NCBI RefSeq assembly: GCF_009914755.1
Contig: NC_060925.1
Source: the human T2T-CHM13v2.0 reference genome, Homo sapiens
DNA: 64,000 bases
Reading direction: 5' to 3' (one strand)
The position numbers and the translations under genes were made by a program. Below the pieces are notes generated by a model that did not search any database, had not been told where the DNA came from, and saw only the letters and a list, made by a program, of their open reading frames with translations. Below, piece after piece: positions 15,180 through 37,200 of this stretch (position 1 is the first letter of the stretch; each line of letters starts with the position of its first letter).

Positions 15180-18100
15180 GAATATAATGCAGTCACAGGT
15201 ATTACCAGCAGAATCAACCAAGCTGAGGAAAGAGTTTCAGAGCTGAAATACTGGTTGTCCAAAATAACTGAGTCAGACAAAAGTAAAGAAAAAACAATAA
15301 AGACAAATGAACCAAACATCTGAGAAATGTGGAATGAGGTAAAGAGACCAAGTCTATGATTCATTGGCAAACCTGAAAGAGAGGGAGAGAAAGCAAGCAA
15401 CTTGGAAAACATATTGAGGATATCATTGACAAGAGTTTCGCCAACCTCACTAGAGAATCTGACATTCAAATTCAGGAAATGCAGAGAACTACACAAGATG
15501 ACCATCCTCAAGATACATGGTCATTAGATTCTCCTAGATAGAAATGAAAGAAAAAGCATTAAAGGCAGCTAAAGAGAATGGGCAAGCAACCCAAAAAGGG
15601 AACCCCATCAGCCTAAGGTGTATGTTTCAGCAGAAACTCTATGTCAGAAGATATTGATGGCCTATATTCAGCATTATTAAAGAAAACAAATTCCAATCAA
15701 TATTTTAATATCCAGCCAAAGTAAGCCTTAGAAGTGTAGAAGAAATAAGATCCTTTTCAGACAAGCAAATGCCATAGAAATTTGTTACCACCAGATCTGT
15801 CTTAAAAGAGGTCCTTAAGGGAGTGCTAAATATGGAAAGGAAAGACCATTACTGGCCACCACAAAAATATGCTTAAGTACATAGACCATTGACGCTATGA
15901 AGCAACCACACAATCAAGTCTGTGTAACAACCAGCTAAGATGATGACAGGATCAAATCTGCACATATCAATATTAACCTTGAGTGCAAATGGCTAAATGT
16001 TCCAATTAAAAGTCGCAGGATGGCGAATTGGATAAAGAAGTAAGACCCAACTGGATGTTTTCTTCAACAGACCCATCTCATATGTAATGTTCGTTCATAA
16101 GCTCAAGTGAAGGGATGGAGAAAAATCTACAAAGCAAATGGAAAACAGAAAAAAGCAGGGTTTCCTATTCAAATTTCAGGCAAAACAGACTTTAAATCAA
16201 CCATCAAAAAAGACAAAGAAGGGCATTACATATTGGCAAAGGGTTTAATTCAACAAGAAGTCCTGACTATCCTAAATATATATGCACCCAATACAGGAGC
16301 ACTCAGATTCATAAAGCAAGTTCCTAGAGACCAACAAAGAATTAGATAACCACACAATGATAGTGGGAAACTTCAACACCCCGATGACACTATCATACAG
16401 ATAACTGAGGCAGAAAACTAACAAAGATATTTGGTGGTGTGAGTTGGTTGAAGGTATTAAGAAAAATAAAGCAAAGAAAAATACAATATTATGAATAAAA
16501 AAAGATATTTGGGACTTAAACTGACACTTGACAAAAATAGGCCTAATAGACATCTACAAAACTCTCCACCCAAAACCAATAGAATATACATTCTTCTCAT
16601 TTGCACATGGCACATACTCTAAAATCAACTGCACAAATGGCCATAAAACAATCCTTAGCATATTTTTTCAAAAATGAAAACATACCAAACACACCCTCGA
16701 ATCACAGCACAATAAGAATAGAAGTCAGTACTTGGAAAATTGCTCAAAACTATACAATTATATGGAAATGACACAATCTGCTCTTGAGTGACTTTGGGTA
16801 AATAAAATTAAGGCAGAAATCAAGAAATTCATTGAAACTAATGAGAATAAAGGGAGAGCATACCAGAATCTCTGGGACACAGCCAAAGCAGTGTTTAGAG
16901 GGAAGATTATAGTGCTAAATGCCCACATCAAAAAGTTAGAAAGATCTCAAATTAATAAACTAACATTGCACCTTGAGGAAAGAGAGAAACAAGTGCAAAC
17001 CAACATCAGTGCTAGCAGAAGACAAGAAATAACCAAAATCAGAGCTGAACTGAAGGAAATTGAGATGTGAAAAATGATACAAAAGAGCAATAAATCCTGG
17101 AGCTGTTTCACTGAAAGAATAAGCAAAACTGATAGACAGTCAGACGGATAAAGAAAAAAAGAGAGAAGATCCAAATAAACACAATCAGAAATGATAAAGG
17201 GAACGTTACCACTGACCCCACGGAAATACAAAAAACCTTCAGAGACTATCGTGAACACCTGTATACAAAGTAGAAAATCTAGAAGAAATGGATAATTTCC
17301 TGGAAACATACAACCTCCAAAGATTGAACCAAGAAGAAAAAACGGAATTCCTGGACAAACCAATAAGGAGTTCCAAAACTTAATCAGTATTAAAAAGCCT
17401 ACCAACAAGGAAAAGCCCAGGACTAGATAGATTCACAGCCGAATTCTACCAGATGTGTAAAGAAGAGCTGGTATAATTTCTACTGAAACTGTTACAAAAA
17501 AATTGAAGAGGAGGACTCCTCCCTTACTCATTTTATGAGGCCAGAATCATCCTGATACCAAAACCTGGCAGAGACACAACAACAAAACAAAAGAAAACTT
17601 CAGGCAAATATACTTGATGCTAATAGATGTGAAAATTTTCAACAAAATACTAGCAAACCAAATTTAGCAGCACATCAAAAAGTTAATCCACCACAATCAA
17701 GTAGGCTTTATCCCTGGGATGAAAGGTTGTTTTAACATACACAAATCAATAAATGTGATTCATCACATGAGCAAAAACAAAAATAAAAATCACATGATTA
17801 GCCCAATCAATGGCAGAAAAGACTTTCAATAACACTTAATATCCCTTCATGTTAAAAACTAGAAACAAACTAGGCATTGGAGGAACATACCTCAAAATAA
17901 TAAGAGCCACCTATGAGAAACCCACAGCCAATATAATACTGAACAGCAAAAGCTAGAAACATTCTTCTTGAGAACTGGAACAAGACAAGGATGCCCACTG
18001 TCACCACTCCTATTCAACATAGTATGGGAAGTCCTAGCCAGAACAGTTACACAAGAGAAAGAAATAAAAGGCATTCAAATAGGAAGAGAGGAAGTCAAAC

Positions 18101-19521
18101 TATCTCTGTTTGAAGATGATATGATATTATACCCCAAAAACCTCACAGTCTCTGTGCAAAAGCTTCTAGATCGGATAAACAACTTCAATAAAGTTTGAGC
18201 ATACAAAATCAGTGTACAAAAATCAGTAGCATTTCTATACATCAACAACATGCATGCTGAGAGCCAAATCAAGAAAGCAATCCCATTCACATTAGCCAGA
18301 AAAGGAATAAAATACCCAGGAATACAGCTAACAAGGGAGGTAAAAGATCTCTACGATGAGAATTATAAAATACTGCTAAAAGAAATCAGAGATGACACAA
18401 ACAAATGGAAAAACATTCTATGCTCATGGATAGAAAGAATCAATATTGTTAAATGGCTATACTACCCAAAGCAATTTATAGATTCAGTGCTATTACTATC
18501 AAACTTCCAATGACATTCTTCATAGAATTAAAAAAATATTTTAAGTATTCTATGGAACCAAAAAAAGAGCCCAAATAGCCAAGGCAATACTAACCAAAAA
18601 GAATAAATGTGGAGACATCACATTAACCAACTTCAAACTATGCTACAAGGTTATCAAAATAGCATAGTGCTGATACAAAAATAGACACATAGGCCAACAA
18701 AGCAGAATACCGAGCCCAGAAATAATGCCACATACCTGCAACCATCTGATCTCTGACAAAGTCAACAAAAACAAGCAATGGGGAAAGGAGTCCCTATTCA
18801 GCTATGCTAGCTGGTGTAACTGGCTAGCCCTAAACAGAAGGTTGAAACTGGACCCTTTCCTTACACCATATACAAAAATCAACTCAAGATTGATTAAAGA
18901 CTTAAATGTAACACCTGAAACTATAAAAATGTTGGAAGATAATCTAGGAAATACCATGCTGGACACATGCCCTGGCAAAGATTTTATGATGAAGACACGT
19001 AACACAGTTGCAACAAAAACAAACATTGACAAATGGGACCTAATTAAACTAAAGAGCTTCAGCAAAATAAGCTATCAACAGAATAAACAGACAACGTACA
19101 GAAGGGGAGGAAATATGTATAACCTATGCATCCAACAAAAGTCTAATATCCAGAATATATAAGGAATTTAAACAAATTAATCAGCAAGAAATAAACAACC
19201 CCATTAAAAACTGGGCAAAGGACATGAACATTTTTCCAAAGAAGACACCCACATGGCCAACAAATATATGAAAAAATGCTCACCATTACTAATCATTAGA
19301 GAAATGAAAATCAAAACCACAATGAGATACCACCTCACATCAGACAAAATGGCTATTACTAAAAAGTAAAAAAATAACAGAAGGTCGTGCGGTTGCAGAG
19401 AAAAGGGAATGCTTAAACCCTGCTAGTGGGAATGTAAATTAGTTCAGCTATTGTGCAAAGCAGAGTGGCAATTTCCCAAAGAACTCAAAACTGAATTATC
19501 ACTTGACACAGCAATCCTATT

Positions 19522-25290
<5,769 letters not shown>

Positions 25291-25669
25291 ATATCCAGCC
25301 AATCTAAGCTTCATACGGGAAGGAGAAATAAAATCCTTTACTGAGAAGCAAATGTTGAGCGATTTTGTCAACACCAGGCCTGCCTTAGAAGAGCTCCTGA
25401 AGGAAAGACAATGGGAATATGGAAATATGGAAAGGAAAAATTGGTTCCAGCTACTGCAAAAACGTACCAAAATATAAAGACCAACGACACTATGAAGTAA
25501 CTGCATCAACTAATGTGCAAAATAACTAGCTAGCATCATGATGACAGGATCAAATTCACACATAACAATATTAACCTTAAATGTAAATGGGCTAATTGCC
25601 CAGGTTAATAGACACAGACTGATACCTGTGTAACAAACCTGCAGGTTCTACACATCCCAGAACTTAAAG

Positions 25670-25800
25670 TATAAATATATATAGTTTATGTAAAGTATAA
25701 ATATATAAATATATATAGTTCATGTAAAGTATAAATATTTACATTTTATATAAAATATATATACTTTATATAAATATATATTTTTTAATATTTTTATTTT
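25670..25800. repeat. AT-rich low-complexity tract (degenerate L1 tail)
   Basis: Repeated TAAAGTATAAATAT / (TA)n. Confidence 0.8.
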
Positions 25801-25975
25801 ATTCAAAGAAAATAAAGAGATTGTATCAATAAAACAAAACATTTTTGGCCCTTAAATTAAACACATCCTGTATTCTTAGCCCAGTATCTGTTGTGAGGAA
25901 TATAAGACTTGGAGGACATGGTTTATTTGTTAAAGAAACATTAAGTCCTCACTATATGCTTCACTTGCCTTTTAC

Positions 25976-26200
25976 ACACTGAGTATCCCTTATCCAAAAT
26001 GCTTGGGACCAAAAGTGTTTCAGATTTTGGATAATTTTGGATTTTAAAACATTTGCATATACATGAGATATCCTGGGGATAAGACCCAAGTCTAACATGG
26101 AATTCATGTATGTTGCATATATACATTATATGCATACCTTGAAGGTAATTTTATATAATATTTTAAAAAATTTTGTGCATGAAACAAAGTTTGGACTGCG

Positions 26201-26202
<2 letters not shown>
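25976..26202 (+). mobile_element. Tigger4b/MER46-type DNA transposon, left part only
   Basis: TGAGTATCCCTTATCCAAAATGCTTGGGACC...GACCCAAGTCTAA...GTGCATGAAACAAAGTTTGGACTGCG, cut by the L1 polyT. Confidence 0.8.
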
Positions 26203-30725
<4,523 letters not shown>

Positions 30726-30730
30726 GAAAG

Positions 30731-32170
30731 ATTTCTGGGCAAAGATTTCTTAAGTAATACCCTAAGCACAAGCAACTGAAGCAAAAGTGGATAAATGGGA
30801 TCACATCAAGTAAAAAGCTTCTGCAGCACAAAGGAAACAATCAACAAAGTTAAGAGGCAAACCACAGAATGGAAGAAAATATTTGTACTCTCCATCTGAT
30901 AAGGCATTAATAACTAGAATAAGTAAATAGCTTAGACAACTTAATACGAAAAACAATCTAATAATCCAATTTAAATATGAGCAAAAGATCTGAACAGGAG
31001 TTTCTCAAAAGAAGACATACAAATGGCAAACAGATATATGAAAAGGTGCTTACCATCATTGATCATCAGATGCAAATCAAATCCAAATAAAAAATATGAT
31101 AAGATATCATCTAACTTAAAATAACTTTTATCCAGAAGCTGGAAGTAACAAAAGGCAAGGATGTAGAGAAAAGGGAACAGTAGTACACTGTTGGTGGGTG
31201 TGTAAGGGCAAGATATCTGAACAGGCATTTGTCAAAAGAAGACATACACATGGCAAACAAGTATATGAAAATGTGCTTACTATCATTGATCATCTTAGAA
31301 AGGCAAATCAAAAATGTAATGAGATATCATCTCACTGAGTTAAAATAGCTTTTATCCAAAAGCAGGAAATAACAAAAAAAGGCAAGGATGTAGAGAAAAG
31401 GGAACAGTAGTACACTTTTGGTGGGAATGTAAATTACAACTACTGTGGAGAGCAGCATGAAAGTTTCTCAAAAAACTAAAAATAGAGCTACTATATGATC
31501 CAGTAATCCCACTGCTAGGTACATACCCAAAAGAAAGTAAGTCGTTATAATGAAGAGATATCTGCACTCCAATGTTTATTGCAGCAGTATTCACAATAGC
31601 CAAATTTGGAAGCAATCTAAGTGTCCATTAAGAGATGAATGGATAAAGAAAGTGTACCTACACACAATGGAGTGATAGAAAAGAATGAGATCCTGTAATT
31701 TGCAACAACATGGATGGAACTGGAGGACATCATATTAAGTAAAGTAAGTGAGGCAGAGAAAGATAATCTTCACGTGTTCTCATTCATTTGTGAGATCTAA
31801 AAATTAAAACAATTGAACTCAAGGAGATAGAAAGTAGAATGATGGTTACCAGAGGCTGGGAAGGGTAATGAAAGGTAGGGGGTAAGTGGAGATGGTTAAT
31901 GGGTACAAAAATATAGTTAAATAGAGTGAATAAGATTTAGTATTTGATAGCACAACAGGGCAACTGCAGTCGACAGTAATTTATTGTACATTGAAAAATA
32001 AGTAAAATAGTATAATTGGATTGCATGTAACACAAATGATGAATGCTTGAGGTGATGGATACCTCATTTATTTTGATATGATTATCATACACTGTATGTC
32101 TGTATCAAAATATCTCATGTATCCCATAAATATATGTATACCTACTATGTACCCACAAAAATTTTAAAAA
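30731..32170 (+). mobile_element. L1MA 3' portion with an internal tandem duplication
   Basis: L1MA-type 3' end TATCTCATGTATCCCATAAATATATG...ACTATGTACCCACAAAAATT. Confidence 0.8.
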
Positions 32171-33755
32171 CGATTGTCCCAAAGAAAAACTTAGAAACCT
32201 GTAGTTATCTTGCAGGAAAATTGTTGACTTATATGTGAGAGAATTGGTCGAACAAGTTAAGGAAAAATGTAAAAAACAAATTTTATAAAGGAAGGAGAGA
32301 GGACAGAGAAAAATTGATGTTCCAAGTGAATCTTGTTAGCATCTTTTTGGGTAAACTGATTTTCTCTCAACAAAAAGGAGCATCTGGTAATTTTATCCTT
32401 GAGTGGGCAGGGATATGAAAGAAAACAGTTCCAGTTGTTTATGGGTTCTTCAGAAAACTTGAGAATTTAGCTCTCTAAACGTCTGGCTAAAACTACTTTA
32501 AGGTCTGTCTGTCCTTCTGTCAGTACCTCTCCCATAGTTAGACTAGGTCTGCACTGTTTCCTCATTATATATTGTTTTCTTAGCCAGTTAGTTATGCCTG
32601 GCTTCTTTAGACAGGAGCTACAGGAGGTAGCCACATAAGCTGGTTGTGAGACTGGGGGCAAGGTAGCAAAGTGTATCAGAGAAATGGACAAAGGCATCCT
32701 CTCTAGGTATGTCTGTGGAAGTTCAATGAGGTCTGAAGGTATGATATCTTATGGAGTTTGCAGCTTTGTAGGGGCATTTGGGGACAACACTTCAAGCAGG
32801 GAGGGATGACACTGGTGGGAAGGAAATGCCATCTTCAAGTGGCTTGTGGAGAACACATATAGACTATTGTTTGAGGCTAATTAGAAAAACGAGCTTGTTT
32901 GTTGCTTTTCATTCAGTCCCTGCACCTATTGGGTATTATTGTAACTTTGACAATCAGTGTCACTTTATCTTGGTTTACTCAAGTGTAAGTTCAATAAAGG
33001 CAGCTTTTTGGAAGTGCTTTTATAAAACCACTAAAAGCAGATTTGGAGACTTGAGATCTAAGTGCTACTTTGGTGTGGATTATTTGTGTAATAGACTCAT
33101 CTGCAAAATGTGATCGCTGACCTACATATCACTTCTAGTCTGATATTATGGGAATGAAAATTTGGGTAGGATTCTTACAGAAGCATATTCCTTCTACTGG
33201 TAGAACTTCATTCATATTTTTACTATTCTTTTTTCAGCATTTTCATCTACTTGCTTAAATTACAAAGATACAAATATTTTCCTTCCAGGTCAGGAGGACA
33301 CTTCTTTTTAATTCTTTTCCCTTTTTCAGGATATATCAGCACAACTTCTCTGCTCCAACTAGTCTACATTGCAAAGCATCTCCTAGTGTCTTTGGAAGAA
33401 GGATCTATGGTCAGTAATTCCTGTTTCGTGATCTGCCTTTGACATGGCTTAATCACCACCTAAGTTGATAATTCCATATTAATAATAGTGATATTCATGA
33501 TTGAGCAGAGCATGTTTTTTTTTTTCCTGCATGTGATTGTGGGACAGTGATTATGTTGGAGAAAAATATAGGCCTTGATTAAATTTTGTCTTTCATTATT
33601 AATTACTTGTTATTTTGAATGTAATGTATCTGCTTTATGGTCATATAGCTTTCCAATGATATAGAAGACATCTAATTCTGGCCATGGGGAAGTATGTAAT
33701 TTGTGTTTATGACAAATAAGAATACAAGAGACAAACAGTATTATATGATGAATAG

Positions 33756-33761
33756 TTTATT
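33756..33761 (-). terminator. FLG polyadenylation signal AATAAA
   Basis: Plus strand tttatt, ~515 nt after the stop codon, followed on the minus strand by a GT/T-rich tract (TGTTTGTCTCTTGT). Confidence 0.85.
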
Positions 33762-34275
33762 TTTAATTTAGATGCAGCTTACTAAAATATTAATTATGTC
33801 CAAGATGATTTTTTGAATACAGAATACTAGAATTCCAATAGAAGGATAATAGAGAAAGATGTGCTAGCCCTGATGTTGATATAGCCACTTTGGTATACAG
33901 AACTGTTTTATATTTTTGGCTCCTTCGATATTTCTGAAAAAGATTAATTTAGAAATTTGGGGAGTGTCTAAAACTTAAACTTTCAAAAACATAAAACATT
34001 ACTTGACCCAGAATCTCCTAAAATACTCCAGCTAGTTTTCTAAAGTTAGCTCTCCATGATATTGATTTCTTCCATTTAATATTTCTGAAATATAGCGTTT
34101 AAAGATCATTACACAATAAAAATAAGCTACCACCAAACTAATGAAATACTATAGCATATTTTAAACAGATTGACAGGAAAAGATAACTTCCCTGAAAGTA
34201 TTATGAAGTTTCTTGATTGAAAGTGAACTTGCTTCATTCTTCTATTCTTGGATTAATTCCTTTGCCATTAATTTC

Positions 34276-37200
34276 TTACTCATAGTAATAGTATCTCTGT
34301 GACTGACTAAATCCCAGTTGTTTCGATATATCACTAGAATGGCCACATAAACCTGGGTCCTTATTAATATACGTTGCATAATACCTTGGATGATCTTTAC
34401 CAAACGCACTTGCTTTACAGATATCAGATCTTTCCTTGAAAACAACAGGATTGGAATTGTAACTAACACTTCCGTGCTGAGAGTGTCTAAACCCGGATTC
34501 ACCATAATCATAATCTGCACTACCATAGCTGCCATGTCTCCAAACTAAACCTGATTGACCTTTTTGCCTTTCAGTGCCCTCAGATTGATAATGATAAGAA
34601 CTAGAACTGTGAGGACTGCCACGTGACTGTATTCCTGAGTGATACGCAGAATCTTGTGAAAGACTACTAAAGTGACCATGTTCCTTAGCGGTACTAGAGT
34701 CTGACTGTACAGGTGAAGACTGTACATGACTGGCTGTATCGCGGTGAGAGGATCCGGGGTGTCTGGAGCCATCTCTTGACTGCTCCCGAGAAGATCCATG
34801 ATGGTTTCTGGAAGCAGACTCAGATCGCCTCTCAGAGTCCTCTGGGTATGCCTCACTGTCACTGTCCTGGCTAACACTGGATCCCTGGCGCCTGCTTCTC
34901 CTGGACCCCGCTGATTCACCCTGGCCGGACTGTGAGTGTCTAGAGCTGTCAGCCTGAGTGGAAGCTTCATGGTGACGCGACCCTGAGTGCCTGGAGCCGT
35001 CTCCTGACTGTTCCTCATTACGTGTTTCTCTGCTTGCACTTCTGGATCCTGACTGCCCATGGGAGGCATCAGACCTTCCCTGGGATGTGGTGTGGCTGTG
35101 ATGGGACCCTGAGTGTCCAGACCTATCTACCGATTGCTCGTGGTAGGATCCCTGTCTTCCTCCTCTCCTTGACCCCGGGTGTCCACGAATGGTGTCCTGA
35201 CCCTCTTGGGACGCTGAGTGCCTGGAGCTGTCTCGTGCCTGCTCGTGGCGGGATCCTTGTCTTCCTCCAGTACTGGGCCCAGCCCGTCCATGGGCAGACT
35301 CAGACTGTTCATGAGTGCTCACCTGGTAGAGGAAAGACCCTGAACGTCCAGACCTTCCTGCTGACCGGCCACGTGTGGACTCTTGGTGGCTCTGCTGATG
35401 GGGCCCAGCCTGTCCGTGGGCTGACACTGACTGTGTGTCTGAGTCTTCTGAATGTCCCTCACTGTCACTGGCCTGACTACCACTGGACCCTCGGTGTCCA
35501 CTGTCTCTGACTGCAGATGAAGCTTGTCCGTGCCCAATGCCTGAGTGTCTGGAGCTGTCTGCTGACTGCTGGTGGTGGGATCCATGTCTCTCTCCTGCAC
35601 TTGATCTTGCCTGTTCATGGGATGATGCAGCCTGTCCACCAGAGGAATTCTCTGCATGATGAGTGCCTGATTGTCTGGAGCTCTCTGCAGAGTGCCCGTG
35701 ACCGGCTCTGTCTTCGTGATGGGACGTGGGGTGTCTGGAGCCATCTCTTGACTGCTCCTGAGCAGATCCACGATGGTTTCTGGAAGCAGACCCAGACCAC
35801 CTCTCAGAGTCTTCTGAGTGTCCCTGACTGTCACTGTCCTGGCTAACACTGGATCCCTGGTTCCTGCTTGTCCTGGGCCCCGCTGATTGTCCCTGGCCGG
35901 ACTGTGAGTGTCTAGAGCTGTCCGCCTGAGTGGAAGCTTCATGGTGATGCGACCATGAGTGCCTGGAGCCATCTCCTGATTGTTCGTCATTACGAGTTTG
36001 TCTGCTGGCACTTCTGGATCCTGACTGCCCACGGGAGGCATCAGACCTTCCCTGGGATGTGGTGTGGCTGTGATGGGACCCTGAGTGTCCAGACCTATCT
36101 ACCGATTGCTCGTAGTGGGATCCCTGCCTTCCTCTTCTGCTTGACCCCGGGTGTCCACGAATGGTGTCCTGACCCTCTTGGGACGCTGAGTGCCTGGAGC
36201 TGTCTCGTGCCTGCTCGTGGTGGGATCCTTGTCTTCGTCCAGTGCTGGTCCTGGTCCGCCCATGGGCAGACTCAGACTGTTCATGAGTGCTCACCTGGTA
36301 GAGGAAAGACCCTGAACGTCCAGACCTTCCCCCTGACCGGTCACGTGCGGACTCTTGGTGGCTCTGCTGATGGGGCCCAGCCTGTCCATGGCCTGACACT
36401 GACTGTGTGTCTGACTCTTCTGAATGTCCCTCACTATCACTGGCCTGACTACCACTGGACCCCCAGTGTCTACTGTCTCTGACTGCAGATGAAGCTTGTC
36501 CACGCGGAATGCCTGAGTGTCTGGAGCTGTCTGCTGACTGCTGGTGGCGGGATCCGTGTCTCTCTCCTGGACTTGATCTTGCCTGTTCATGGGATGATGC
36601 AGCCTGTCCACCAGAGGAAGTCTCTGCGTGACGAGTGCCTGATTGTCTGGAGCGGTCTGCAGAGTGCCCGTGACCGGCTCTGTCTTCGTGATGGGACCTG
36701 GGGTGTCTGGAGCCGTGCCTTGACTGCTCCTGAACAGATCCACGATGGTTTCTGGAAGCAGACCCAGACCACCTCTCAGAGTCTTCTGAATGTCCCTCAC
36801 TGTCACTGTCCTGGCTCACACTGGATCCCTGGCGCCTGCTTCTCCTGGACCCCTCTGATTGTCCCTGGACTGCCTGTGAGTGTCTAGAGATGTCGGCATG
36901 AGTGGAAGCTTCATGGTGACGTGACACTGAGTGCCTGGAGCTGTCTCCTGATTGTTCCTCATTACGTGTTGTTCTGCTTGCACTTCTGGATCCTGACTGC
37001 CCACGGGAGGCATCAGACCTTCCCTGGGATGTGGTGTGGCTGTGATGGGACCCTGAGTGTCCAGAGCTATCTACCGAATGCTCGTGGTGGTACCCCTGCC
37101 TTCCTCCTCTGCTTGACCCCGGGTGTCCACGAATGGTGTCCTGACCGTATTGGGATGCTGAGTGCCTGGAGCTGTCTTGTGCCTGCTCATGGCGGGATCC

